NCBI GenBank assembly: GCA_965203415.1
Contig: CBDBCS010000006.1
Location: forward strand, 1,378,394 to 1,442,393
Reading direction: 5' to 3'
Length of the DNA: 64,000 bases
Source: Alphaproteobacteria bacterium
Lineage (GTDB): Bacteria; Pseudomonadota; Alphaproteobacteria; CBDBCS01
Each line of letters begins with the position of its first letter. The stretch's first letter is position 1. Under the pieces are notes generated by a model. The model was not told where the DNA came from. It saw nothing but the letters and a program-made list of their open reading frames with translations, and made no database searches. A program made the position numbers and the translations under genes. Positions 55,729 to 64,000 of the stretch are shown piece by piece.

Positions 55729-57669
55729 ATGCCCGCCCAGTTTCTTTCGCCCCCGGCTCAGGCAGCCTATGCCCAGACGTACCAGCACGCTCTAGAGAAC
55801 CCCGACCAGTTTTGGGACCAGCAAGGTCAGTGTCTGGACTGGATTCGGCCTTATCGTCGTGTACGCGACGGCTCTTTTTCAGAGTCCGCCACCATGCGCT
55901 GGTACTTGGATGGAGTCCTCAATGTATCCGCGAATTGCGTGGATAGGCACGCCGCGAAACAGCCCGATAAAGTCGCTCTGATCTGGGAGGGCGAGAACCC
56001 TGATAGCCCCTCCATCCGCATGAGCTACAAGACTCTGCTGGAAGAGACCTGTCGTATGGCCCATATTTTGAAGGCCTTAGGCGTCTCCAGAGGCGCACGC
56101 GTCGTGATCTACATGCCGATGATTCCGCAGGCTGTGGTTGCCATGCTGGCCTGTGCTCGGATTGGGGCGATTCACTCGGTGGTGTTCGGCGGGTTTTCGT
56201 CGGCGGCACTCGCCGAGCGTATCCAGAACTGTGGCGCGCGTCATCTCATCACCGCCGACCGAGGCCGCCGAGGCAATCAAGTCATTCCGCTCTTGGCGAA
56301 CGCCCGCGAGGCTCAAGCCCGCTGCCCCGACCTGTCGAGTATTCTCGTCATCGGTCTGGACGGGGAGAACGGCAAACGCCCGGTGAAACGACCGGTAAAA
56401 CACCCGGGGGCGGCCTCCGATACAGAGGCATGCTATTGGACGATGCGCGAATCGGCCTCGACGCATTATCCGCCGGAGCCCATGGACAGTGAGGCCCCTC
56501 TTTTCATTTTGTATACCTCGGGTTCCACGGGGAAGCCGAAGGGGCTTGTCCATAGCTCGGGGGGGTATCTTGTCTACGCCAGCCAGACCTTTGAGTCCCT
56601 CTTCGATTATCGTTCGGACGACATACACTGGTGCACGGCGGATATTGGCTGGATTACGGGGCACTCTTATGTTGTTTATGGGCCGCTGGCTCAAGGCGCG
56701 ACGGTGCTCTTGTATGAGGGCGTGCCTCATTATCCCGATTGGAGCCGATGCTGGAACATTTGCGATAAACACAAGGTGAGCTTGTTTTATACAGCCCCGA
56801 CTCTGGTGCGTTCTATGATGCAGGCGGGCGATAGCTTCGTCCAGAGGACCTCGCGCGAGAGCCTCAGGATCCTCGGCACGGTTGGCGAACCGATCAATCC
56901 TAAAGCCTGGAATTGGTATGCGGATGTCGTCGGCAAAGGTCGTCTCCCTGTGCTGGATACCTGGTGGCAAACGGAAACGGGCGGGATTATGCTGGCGCCT
57001 CATTTCAGAGCTCATCCGCAAAAACCGGGCTCTGTCAATCGGCCCTTTTATGGCATTCAGCCGGTGCTCCTGGACGAATCGGGCAAACCCGCCGAGGCCG
57101 GCCAGCTGTGCTTCCGTGAGTCCTGGCCCGGCCAGGCTCGGACCATTTATGGCGACCACGAACGCTTCGTCGAGACCTATTTCAAAAAATTTCCCGGCTA
57201 TTATGCCAGCGGCGATGGCGCGCAACGCGACGAAGACGGCGATTATTGGCTCACCGGCCGCATGGACGATGTCCTGAACGTCTCGGGCCACCGAATCGGA
57301 ACGGCTGAAATAGAATCGGCGCTTGTGGCTCACCCGGCGGTGGCCGAGGCCGCCGTTGTCGGATGTCCCCACCCGGTGAAAGGCGAGGCCCTCTATGCTT
57401 TTGTGACGCTCAAGGCGGGGGTGGAGATTGCCAAGCCCGATCTCCGGGCTTGGGTGGCGCATCAGATTGGCTCTTTTGCGAAGCCGGACTATCTCCAATG
57501 GGCGCCGGTGCTGCCTAAAACGCGCTCGGGTAAGATTATGCGGCGTATTTTGAAGAAAATCGTCGCAGGCGAGACCGCTTCCGACTTGGGAGATATCTCG
57601 ACGCTGGCTAATCCAGAGGTCGTCTCGGATCTCGCCGCCCAGGCTTGCAAGGTGTCTCGTCCGGCTTGA
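55729..57669 (+). CDS. acs: Acetyl-CoA synthetase (acetate--CoA ligase)
   Basis: 646 aa with the AMP-binding motif 'ILYTSGSTGKPKG' and the C-terminal 'LPKTRSGKIMRRILKKI'. Confidence 0.95.
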   Translation: MPAQFLSPPAQAAYAQTYQHALENPDQFWDQQGQCLDWIRPYRRVRDGSFSESATMRWYLDGVLNVSANCVDRHAAKQPDKVALIWEGENPDSPSIRMSYKTLLEETCRMAHILKALGVSRGARVVIYMPMIPQAVVAMLACARIGAIHSVVFGGFSSAALAERIQNCGARHLITADRGRRGNQVIPLLANAREAQARCPDLSSILVIGLDGENGKRPVKRPVKHPGAASDTEACYWTMRESASTHYPPEPMDSEAPLFILYTSGSTGKPKGLVHSSGGYLVYASQTFESLFDYRSDDIHWCTADIGWITGHSYVVYGPLAQGATVLLYEGVPHYPDWSRCWNICDKHKVSLFYTAPTLVRSMMQAGDSFVQRTSRESLRILGTVGEPINPKAWNWYADVVGKGRLPVLDTWWQTETGGIMLAPHFRAHPQKPGSVNRPFYGIQPVLLDESGKPAEAGQLCFRESWPGQARTIYGDHERFVETYFKKFPGYYASGDGAQRDEDGDYWLTGRMDDVLNVSGHRIGTAEIESALVAHPAVAEAAVVGCPHPVKGEALYAFVTLKAGVEIAKPDLRAWVAHQIGSFAKPDYLQWAPVLPKTRSGKIMRRILKKIVAGETASDLGDISTLANPEVVSDLAAQACKVSRPA

Positions 57670-57928
57670 CCGCCCGCCTGCCCCCGGCTTCGGGCCGCTT
57701 TCGGGGGAGCAGTGGGCTCGCCCTGAAAACACAAAAAAGAGGCGAACCAACCGCCTCTCCCCGCAAAAACGACAAAAGAGAGAGCACAGCTCTCTCTCTC
57801 TTTTCTCTCCCGCTTTCCCGCTTTGGGTCTTGACGGAAGCACCTCGCCTCTCCGTTCTCCGCCGCCCTCCCTGCCGCCCCGCCTCACAGAAAAGAAAGGG
57901 GGACGCCGAAAAAGAGAAAGACTCCCCG

Positions 57929-57970
57929 CCCTCCCCATTGCTCTCAGACGAGAGAGCAACAGGGAGGGGG
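57929..57970 (-). terminator. Putative terminator hairpin downstream of the porin gene
   Basis: An imperfect long hairpin forms with inner stem ttgctctc / gagagcaa and outer C-rich/G-rich arms. On the minus strand it is followed by tctttctcttttt. Confidence 0.4.
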
Positions 57971-58001
57971 AGAGCCTCTAAAGAGGTGAAAGAAGGGAGA
58001 A

Positions 58002-59234
58002 CTAGAAGCTGAAGCCTAAGCCGACGGTCAGCCGCAGACCTTCATTTTGATCCGCATCGTCCCCATTGGTATAGGCGGCCAGCTTAAACGTCACCCCATC
58101 CGTGATGGCATAGGTGGCGTTGAGGTCAAGCGTAAGATCCGTCTCGGCATCTTCCTGCGACAAGTCAGAGAGCTCACCAGAACCCTCGTCGACCACACCA
58201 TTCGTGTAGGTTTGGTCTGTCCGGACACCGGCCGAACCGTCGGCGGAATCATCGGCTCCCTCAGCTTCATCCGAGGCCATGATCGAGACAACCGTGAGGG
58301 ATATGCCGATGGGTCCATTGCCCCAGCCGACACCCAGTCCCACTTGCATACCGTTATCATCGGTGTTCGTGGGCAGACTCACAGAGGTGGAGACATCGAT
58401 AGCCCCCAAGTCCAGAGCCACACCAGCCGTGATACCACCCTGGTCTTCGTCCGCATTGAGCTCTTGACCAGAGAACCATCCCAGACCGAAGGTGACGATG
58501 GCCACTTCCGCTTTGACCCCGGCTTCAATGGCGAAATCGGTCGTTGTGCGTTCGCCGCCGTCTTGGATTCGGTTGCCTGCAATCCCCGCGTCCGGATTGG
58601 GGGTCATAGCCTGCGCTTCGGCATCGCCGCCCTGACCAGCATCCAGGTCATCCGCATTGCGGAGCCGGTAGGGCTGAACAAGGGAAACACCCAAAGAGAC
58701 GGGCCCAAGAGACGGGGCGTAATAAGTGACCTTCATCGCGTCGCCAGAGTCGTATTTGGTGTTGGAATTATTCGCAATCCCAACTGCGACGAAGTCGGCT
58801 CCGACGGCGAGCCTGTCGGCAGCCCCGTCCTCATACCCCATCACGAAAGAACCGAAGCCACCATTGATGTGTCCGTGCACTTCCTCCGTGATGACCGTGA
58901 CTTCCCCCTGCTCGGGAGAGCCAGCAAGCCGAACGTTGTCCGTATTGTTATCCACGGCCCCAGAGTTCGTCACCTGAAGCTGGATCTCAAAACCTGTTTC
59001 GAGACCCATATCTGTGACACGATCCCCCGAGACGACCACCTCTGGGTTGTCAAAGTAAAAACGCGGGGCCGCGTCCGCGTCAAAATCGTTAGAGTCGTCA
59101 TCGTTCGGGTCGACTACGTCAAGCCGAAAATCGAACGAAGTCGAAACAGTAACAACACCATCTGCCGCCCGAGCGAGAGTCCCAAAGAGACCAAATGCCA
59201 GCAGGGCAGCTCCTAAAGCCAAAATTCTTTTCAT
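58002..59234 (-). CDS. Outer-membrane porin
   Basis: 410 aa with the signal peptide 'MKRILALGAALLAFGLFGTLARA'. The sequence is acidic with alternating beta-strand character, and the C-terminus is 'GLGFSF'. Confidence 0.8.
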   Translation of the reverse strand: MKRILALGAALLAFGLFGTLARAADGVVTVSTSFDFRLDVVDPNDDDSNDFDADAAPRFYFDNPEVVVSGDRVTDMGLETGFEIQLQVTNSGAVDNNTDNVRLAGSPEQGEVTVITEEVHGHINGGFGSFVMGYEDGAADRLAVGADFVAVGIANNSNTKYDSGDAMKVTYYAPSLGPVSLGVSLVQPYRLRNADDLDAGQGGDAEAQAMTPNPDAGIAGNRIQDGGERTTTDFAIEAGVKAEVAIVTFGLGWFSGQELNADEDQGGITAGVALDLGAIDVSTSVSLPTNTDDNGMQVGLGVGWGNGPIGISLTVVSIMASDEAEGADDSADGSAGVRTDQTYTNGVVDEGSGELSDLSQEDAETDLTLDLNATYAITDGVTFKLAAYTNGDDADQNEGLRLTVGLGFSF

Positions 59235-59783
59235 GCCGATTCCTCCGGTATGCTAAAAAAAAAGAGATAGAGGCCTCTCCCGACAGGGGAAAGAGCCTCG
59301 CCTGAGAAGGAACCCACCCCGAGTCCACCCGAACCCAAAGAGCGAGCCTGTTCTCTCAACTCAGACCCTCCACCCGAAAGAGAGAACCCCAAGAACCCAA
59401 GTCCCGAGAGCAAAACCGAGTGAAAACTCTGATGAGCTGAAGGAGCAGCAGTCAAGCCGTCCTCCCAGACAAAGGGCACATTTGCACGGAAAAAAAGAAA
59501 ACACAACTATTTTATTCTTTTTCTTGTTTTTTTTACTTTTCACTCTTTTTGTTTCAAATTTGTAACATAACTTTACATTTCGTCTCTAAATCCCATCCGT
59601 TTGTTTCAAAGCCTTGCGTTTCGGACGTCTCGGGGGCGTCTCGAGGGAAGGCGGCGGGCAAGGCGGTGGAAAAAAAGGAGGGATTGTGTGAGACACACAT
59701 ATATATACGTGTATACGTGCGTGCACCCGTGAGCGTGCCCCCCTCGCCGCCCAGGACGAAGAGGACGGCAGGGCAGGGGGCCC

Positions 59784-60983
59784 TTACGGACTCTGGCTTA
59801 GCAGTTCCGTTTTCAGGAATTCGATACCGAAGCCCGCCAGGCCGACATAGGCTCGGTCGGCGTGGGCCAAGAGCCGAATGGACTTGACGCCCAGGTCTCT
59901 GAGAATTTGAGCACCGATGCCAATCTCGCGCCACGACGTCAGCTGCGAGTCCTTCGATTCCACGACGCCGACGGCGCCTCGGCGCAGATAGACGATGATG
60001 CCGCGCTTCTCTTCGCCGATTCGACGCAGGCTTTCGCGGAGGCCCTGACTCGAATCGGTGAAAACATCGGCGAAAATATCATCAGGGAGGTGCTCTTTGT
60101 GAAAGCGAACCAACACCGAGGCTCCATCGCCCAATTCGCCGAAAACCATCGCAAAATGACACGCATGCGCCTCGAGCATGGGCTGAAAATTCGGCCGATA
60201 GCTATAAACCCAAGCCGGCCCCGCCGCCGTGGCTCGAGGCTTGGCCGCCACGCGCGTCAAAAGCGATTCGCTCTCCTGACGATAGCGGACCAAATCGGCG
60301 ATGGTCACCACGCGAATGCGGTGGTGGCGAGCGAATTCTAGAATCTGCTCGCCTTTTTTGACGCTGCCATCGTCATTGACCAACTCGGCGAGCAGGCCGA
60401 CCTCGGGGAGCCCCGCCAGACGCGCCAAATCTAAAGCCGCCTCGGTATGGCCGGTCCGAACCAACACGCCGCCCTCGCGCCCCACTAGAGGAAAAATATG
60501 ACCCGGCCGGACAAAATCCTGGGGGGCGTCCGAATTCACGAGAGCTAAAATGGTCCGACACCGCTCCTCGGCGGAAATGCCCGTCGTCAGCCCATGCCGA
60601 TAATCCACCGACACCGTGAAAGCCGTGCTCAGAGGCGCATCGTTTTGAGCAACCATGGGACGGAGCTCTAGACTCTGAGCGCGGGCCGAACGAATCGGCG
60701 TGCAGAGAATGCCCGACGTATGACGGATGAAAAACGCAACCAAGGCAGGCGTGACTTGGCTGGCCGGGAGAACTAAATCGCCCTCGTTTTCGCGCTCTGG
60801 GTCGTCCACCACAATCAGAGGCCGCCCCGCTTGGAGCTCTTTGAGAGCCTCCTCTATGGACGCCGTTTCTGGGCCCGCAATCGGGGGCAGAGGCACCCGA
60901 GCAGGGAGCTCTTCCGGGAGCTTTCCCCCCCCCGCAGGCTCTGTAGATTCTGCAGATTCTGAAGAATGGAATGCTGAAGGCAT
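59784..60983 (-). CDS. ribBA: Bifunctional 3,4-dihydroxy-2-butanone-4-phosphate synthase / GTP cyclohydrolase II
   Basis: The RibB motif 'IVVDDPERENEGDLVLPA' is followed by a GCH-II-like C-terminal half. The start is taken at 'MPSAFHS', 8 nt after the soxG stop. Confidence 0.85.
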   Translation of the reverse strand: MPSAFHSSESAESTEPAGGGKLPEELPARVPLPPIAGPETASIEEALKELQAGRPLIVVDDPERENEGDLVLPASQVTPALVAFFIRHTSGILCTPIRSARAQSLELRPMVAQNDAPLSTAFTVSVDYRHGLTTGISAEERCRTILALVNSDAPQDFVRPGHIFPLVGREGGVLVRTGHTEAALDLARLAGLPEVGLLAELVNDDGSVKKGEQILEFARHHRIRVVTIADLVRYRQESESLLTRVAAKPRATAAGPAWVYSYRPNFQPMLEAHACHFAMVFGELGDGASVLVRFHKEHLPDDIFADVFTDSSQGLRESLRRIGEEKRGIIVYLRRGAVGVVESKDSQLTSWREIGIGAQILRDLGVKSIRLLAHADRAYVGLAGFGIEFLKTELLSQSP

Positions 60984-60991
60984 GCGCTGTT

Positions 60992-61758
60992 TCACCTCAC
61001 GCCGGCCAAGGCCGTCTCGATCAAATCCACACAATAAGGCGCGAAGGAAACCCGGCTTTGAAAGAGAAGGGTCTCGCTTCCCAGGCAGGCTATCATCACG
61101 TGAGCCGCGCCAAAGCGCGTGTGGACTAGCTGACCCGACCGAGCCAGAGCCCTGGAAAAATCTAGCGCAATGAATTTCTGCAGAACGAAACGAGCCTGCT
61201 TGCCCCGAATCTCGAATCGGGAAAAGGCCTCGCTGAGTTCTACCAGATTGGCCGTCGCTCGCACGCCAAGAGCCCGGCGGACTTTTTCTTCCCGAATCGA
61301 TTGAGGCGATTGAGGAGCTGGGGGGGTCCGGGATGTCCGAGAGGTCCGGGGGGTCCGGGAAGCTCGCCCCGAACCCCCCGAGCCCTTGGCCGAAACTTTG
61401 CCCGAAGCTTTGCCCGAACCCTTGGCTGAAACTTTAGCCGCTTCGGGAGAGGGCGGGGGCGTCTCGTCGGGTTCCGCCGGATGAGCCCAGAGGACGGACT
61501 CGGGGTCTATCCAATACAGCGTATCTTGGCCGGAACTCACGAACGCATTGGCCGCGGGAAGCTTCCAAGGCCCCAGATCGCGCGCGAGAACCGTCAATTC
61601 CTTCGGTTTCGCCCGGAGTAGAAAGAGCCGCTCTGGAGGCCGCAGGCGTACGGAAAAAGAGCCGCCATGAGCCAAAAAAGCCCCAGATAGAGCTCCACCA
61701 AAAGACCCACCGTTTGCACGGCCGGTTGCACTGTCGTTTGTTTCGCTTGCGTTTCTCA
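60992..61758 (-). CDS. soxG: Sarcosine oxidase gamma subunit (with low-complexity insert)
   Basis: The C-terminal 'LVELSEAFSRFEIRGKQARFVLQKFIALDF...HVMIACLG' is SoxG-like. It lies directly downstream of the alpha subunit. The start is taken at 'MRNASE'. Confidence 0.7.
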
Positions 61759-61775
61759 TGGAGCGTCTTTCCTTT

Positions 61776-64000
61776 TCATGTTCTAGCCGCTTCGCTTCGG
61801 AGGGCCGGGGCCGACCGAGCCGGGGCCGACCGGAGCCGAGTCCGCTTCTTATCATAAAAGACCGGGTCGCAATAGCGAATCCTGAGGCCTCGGCGTTCAC
61901 CCGGCACGAAAACAAACCCCGTTTGTCCCACAAGTTGGCGCCCGTTCCGAACCAAACAGAGCCCAAAACAACGCTGCAAAACAGGACTGAAATAACACGA
62001 GGAAATATGACCAATGCTATTGTAGGGCCGCCGAATTTTGGCGTGCTCCATCAGAGCCGCCCCCTCGGGGAAGACGAAATCGGGGCGTTCCTCGGCGACA
62101 AAACCGACGAGATGTTTACGCCCAGGAGCCCGCATCGCAGGCCGCTGGAGCGAACGCTTGCCCAAAAAATCCTTTTTGTCGGAAGCCACCAGCCAGCTCA
62201 GCCCCGCATCCAGAGGCGTCACCGTCCCATCCGTGTCCTGCCCGACAATGATAAAGCCCTTCTCTGCGCGCAGAAGGTGCATCGTCTCGGTCCCGTAGGG
62301 CGTGATCCCGTGAGGCGCCCCCGCCTCCAAAAGAAGCCGCCACAGACTTGGCCCCAGACGCCAGGGGACATTGATCTCGAAGGCCTGCTCCCCCGAGAAG
62401 CTGATCTTGAACAAACGCGCCGGCAAGCCGCCTATATCTGCTTCCGTAAAGCCCATGAACGGGACAGCGCGAAGATCCACAGAACACAAGGGCTGAAGCA
62501 CCGTAGACGCTCTGGGTCCCGCAAGAACGACAACGGCCCATTGCTCGGTGACCGAGGTCGCGAAAACAGATTTGTCCGGCCACTCGGTCTGGAGACAAAA
62601 CTCGATCCAGTCTAGAACGCGCGCGGCCCCGCCAGTGGTGGTGGTCATATGGAAAAGATTGCGCTCCAGGCGCGTCGTGACGCCGTCGTCGAAGATCATG
62701 CCGTTCTCATCCAGCATCACCCCATAGCGGGCACGGTGGAGGCCTAAATCCCGCCATCGATTCGTGTAAAGCATCTCCAGGAGCCAGACGGCATCGCGGC
62801 CGGCGAGCTCGATTTTCCCAAGCGTAGAACCATCAAAGAGCCCCACGCCGTTCCGCACCGCCAGAGACTCGCGTTGGACGGCTTCGTCCATGGTCTCGGA
62901 CGTGCGCGTGTAAAAAAGAGGCCGCTTCCAGTCGCCAACATTCTCGAAGACCGCCCCGGCCTCCACGTGACAGCCGTGGAGCGACGTCTGACGCGTCGGG
63001 TGAAACCGGCTCCCGACCAACGGAGCCGCCACGGCTCCCAAAGTTATAGGGATATAGGGCGGCCGAAACGTCGTCGGCGATAGCTCTTGGGTGGCTTGTC
63101 CCGTGACTTGACCTAAAACCGCGAGACCCTGAACCCCAGAGGTCTTTCCCTGGTCCGTCCCCATGCCCAACGTCGTGTAGCGCTTGAGGTGTTCCGTCGA
63201 ACGATAGCCCTCTTGGCACGCCAGCCGGACGTCCGAGGCGACAACATCGTTTTGAAAATCTATAAAGTGTTTTTCTCGGTCCCACCCGTCCAGAAGCCGT
63301 AGCGTTTCTCCCAAAAGAGGCCCGTCGTCGCCTCGCAAGGCGACGCGTCCCCCGGGGGATTGCCCAGAAGCTTGCAGGATCTCCCGCAAGCCCCAGAGCC
63401 CGTTGATAGCCCCGACGCACGTATGTGTCTGCCCCCGCACCTGCGAGGCGAGCACAGGGACATACGCAAGACAAGCCTCCGAAAACGAGAGAGCTCCCCC
63501 CATCTGAGACCACAGATGCACCGTCGGCGTCCACCCGCCCGAAACCAAGACCGTGTCGCAGGCGAATTCCAAAACGGGCCCCTCGAAGCGGCCTGTCGCG
63601 CCCAGGCGTCTCACCGAGACCCCCCGGACACGCAAGGCTCCGGCAACGCCAGCCAGCGCGAAGCCATGATAAATAGGCACATCCGCCTCGTGAGCCCGTT
63701 GGTGCCACACGCCTTCGGCGGCTTTGGCTTTCTCGCGCCAGTCCAGACACAAGACCTCGAGCCCCGCCTGCTGAGCCGCTAGAGCCGATTGATAGGCCGA
63801 ATCATTATTCGTGGCGACCACCAATTGGCGTCCCGGCACGACGCCGAACCGCCGCAGATAGGTCAGAAAAGACCCCGCTAGCATAATGCCGGGCCGGTCG
63901 TTATCTTTGAACAGAAGCGGCCGCTCTAGAGCTCCCGTTGCTAGAATCACCCGTTCGGCTCGGATCCGGAGCAAAGCCTGGCGCGGCGGGAGGGCGTCGG
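61776..64000 (-). CDS. soxA: Sarcosine oxidase alpha subunit (partial; the N-terminus lies beyond the window)
   Basis: Contains 'ATGALERPLLFKDNDRPGIMLAG', 'YTTLGMGTDQGKTSG' and a C-terminal aminomethyltransferase (GcvT) fold. The ORF is still open at the window edge. Confidence 0.85.
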   Translation of the reverse strand, partial: DALPPRQALLRIRAERVILATGALERPLLFKDNDRPGIMLAGSFLTYLRRFGVVPGRQLVVATNNDSAYQSALAAQQAGLEVLCLDWREKAKAAEGVWHQRAHEADVPIYHGFALAGVAGALRVRGVSVRRLGATGRFEGPVLEFACDTVLVSGGWTPTVHLWSQMGGALSFSEACLAYVPVLASQVRGQTHTCVGAINGLWGLREILQASGQSPGGRVALRGDDGPLLGETLRLLDGWDREKHFIDFQNDVVASDVRLACQEGYRSTEHLKRYTTLGMGTDQGKTSGVQGLAVLGQVTGQATQELSPTTFRPPYIPITLGAVAAPLVGSRFHPTRQTSLHGCHVEAGAVFENVGDWKRPLFYTRTSETMDEAVQRESLAVRNGVGLFDGSTLGKIELAGRDAVWLLEMLYTNRWRDLGLHRARYGVMLDENGMIFDDGVTTRLERNLFHMTTTTGGAARVLDWIEFCLQTEWPDKSVFATSVTEQWAVVVLAGPRASTVLQPLCSVDLRAVPFMGFTEADIGGLPARLFKISFSGEQAFEINVPWRLGPSLWRLLLEAGAPHGITPYGTETMHLLRAEKGFIIVGQDTDGTVTPLDAGLSWLVASDKKDFLGKRSLQRPAMRAPGRKHLVGFVAEERPDFVFPEGAALMEHAKIRRPYNSIGHISSCYFSPVLQRCFGLCLVRNGRQLVGQTGFVFVPGERRGLRIRYCDPVFYDKKRTRLRSAPARSAPALRSEAART

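Noticed and set aside
56077-57750. A 557-aa minus-strand ORF opposite acs. The same applies to 58047..59216 (+) opposite the porin, 47446..48558 (-) opposite mod, 18659..20044 (+) opposite tlpA/dusA, and 25165..26076 (-) opposite clpA.
   Set aside because: All overlap strongly supported genes on the other strand, and all have low-complexity, Arg-rich translations.

Overview
This is a GC-rich (roughly 60%) bacterial chromosomal segment. The gene content looks alphaproteobacterial: heterotetrameric sarcosine oxidase soxA/soxG, clpS-clpA, ccmB, TRAP dctQM, a porin ending in F, and a type-A RNase P RNA. The housekeeping backbone is leuA, two GT9-like glycosyltransferases, a 1404-aa AsmA/YhdP-like protein, fhs, leuC overlapping thrC, a rhomboid protease, rnpB, dctQM, tlpA-like, dusA, a CBS-nucleotidyltransferase plus CMP-sugar synthetase pair, clpS-clpA, yciB, rpmB, acs, a porin, ribBA and soxGA.

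The features that stand out are:
1. At 34.36-43.9 kb, a tandem array of eight co-oriented paralogous secreted proteins or lipoproteins. One is a pseudogene. They share an N-terminal leader and an LpoB/FlgO-like C-terminal domain, but carry different numbers and types of an unrecognised two-cysteine repeat cassette. Three copies of one promoter-like motif drive the array, and an LPP20/PEGA-like gene sits next to it.
2. At 52.6-54.95 kb, a 2.3 kb array of about 36 units of about 66 bp. Each unit is a ~33-nt core plus one of about six recurring ~33-nt modules. The geometry resembles CRISPR, but the 'spacers' are redundant, and the array fills the rpmB-ccmB intergenic space.
3. A Type III restriction-modification pair (mod/res), preceded by 1.3 kb with no credible gene.
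4. An old tandem duplication of ~2.19 kb (clpA 3' end plus a Tat-signal ABC substrate-binding protein).
5. A frameshifted glutamine-synthetase-family gene.
6. A recurring pattern of in-frame microsatellite or low-complexity insertions in otherwise conserved proteins.

Many long ORFs in the supplied track are antisense shadows of real genes, as expected at this GC content, and I did not call them. All function calls come from motif recognition by eye. No database search was run.
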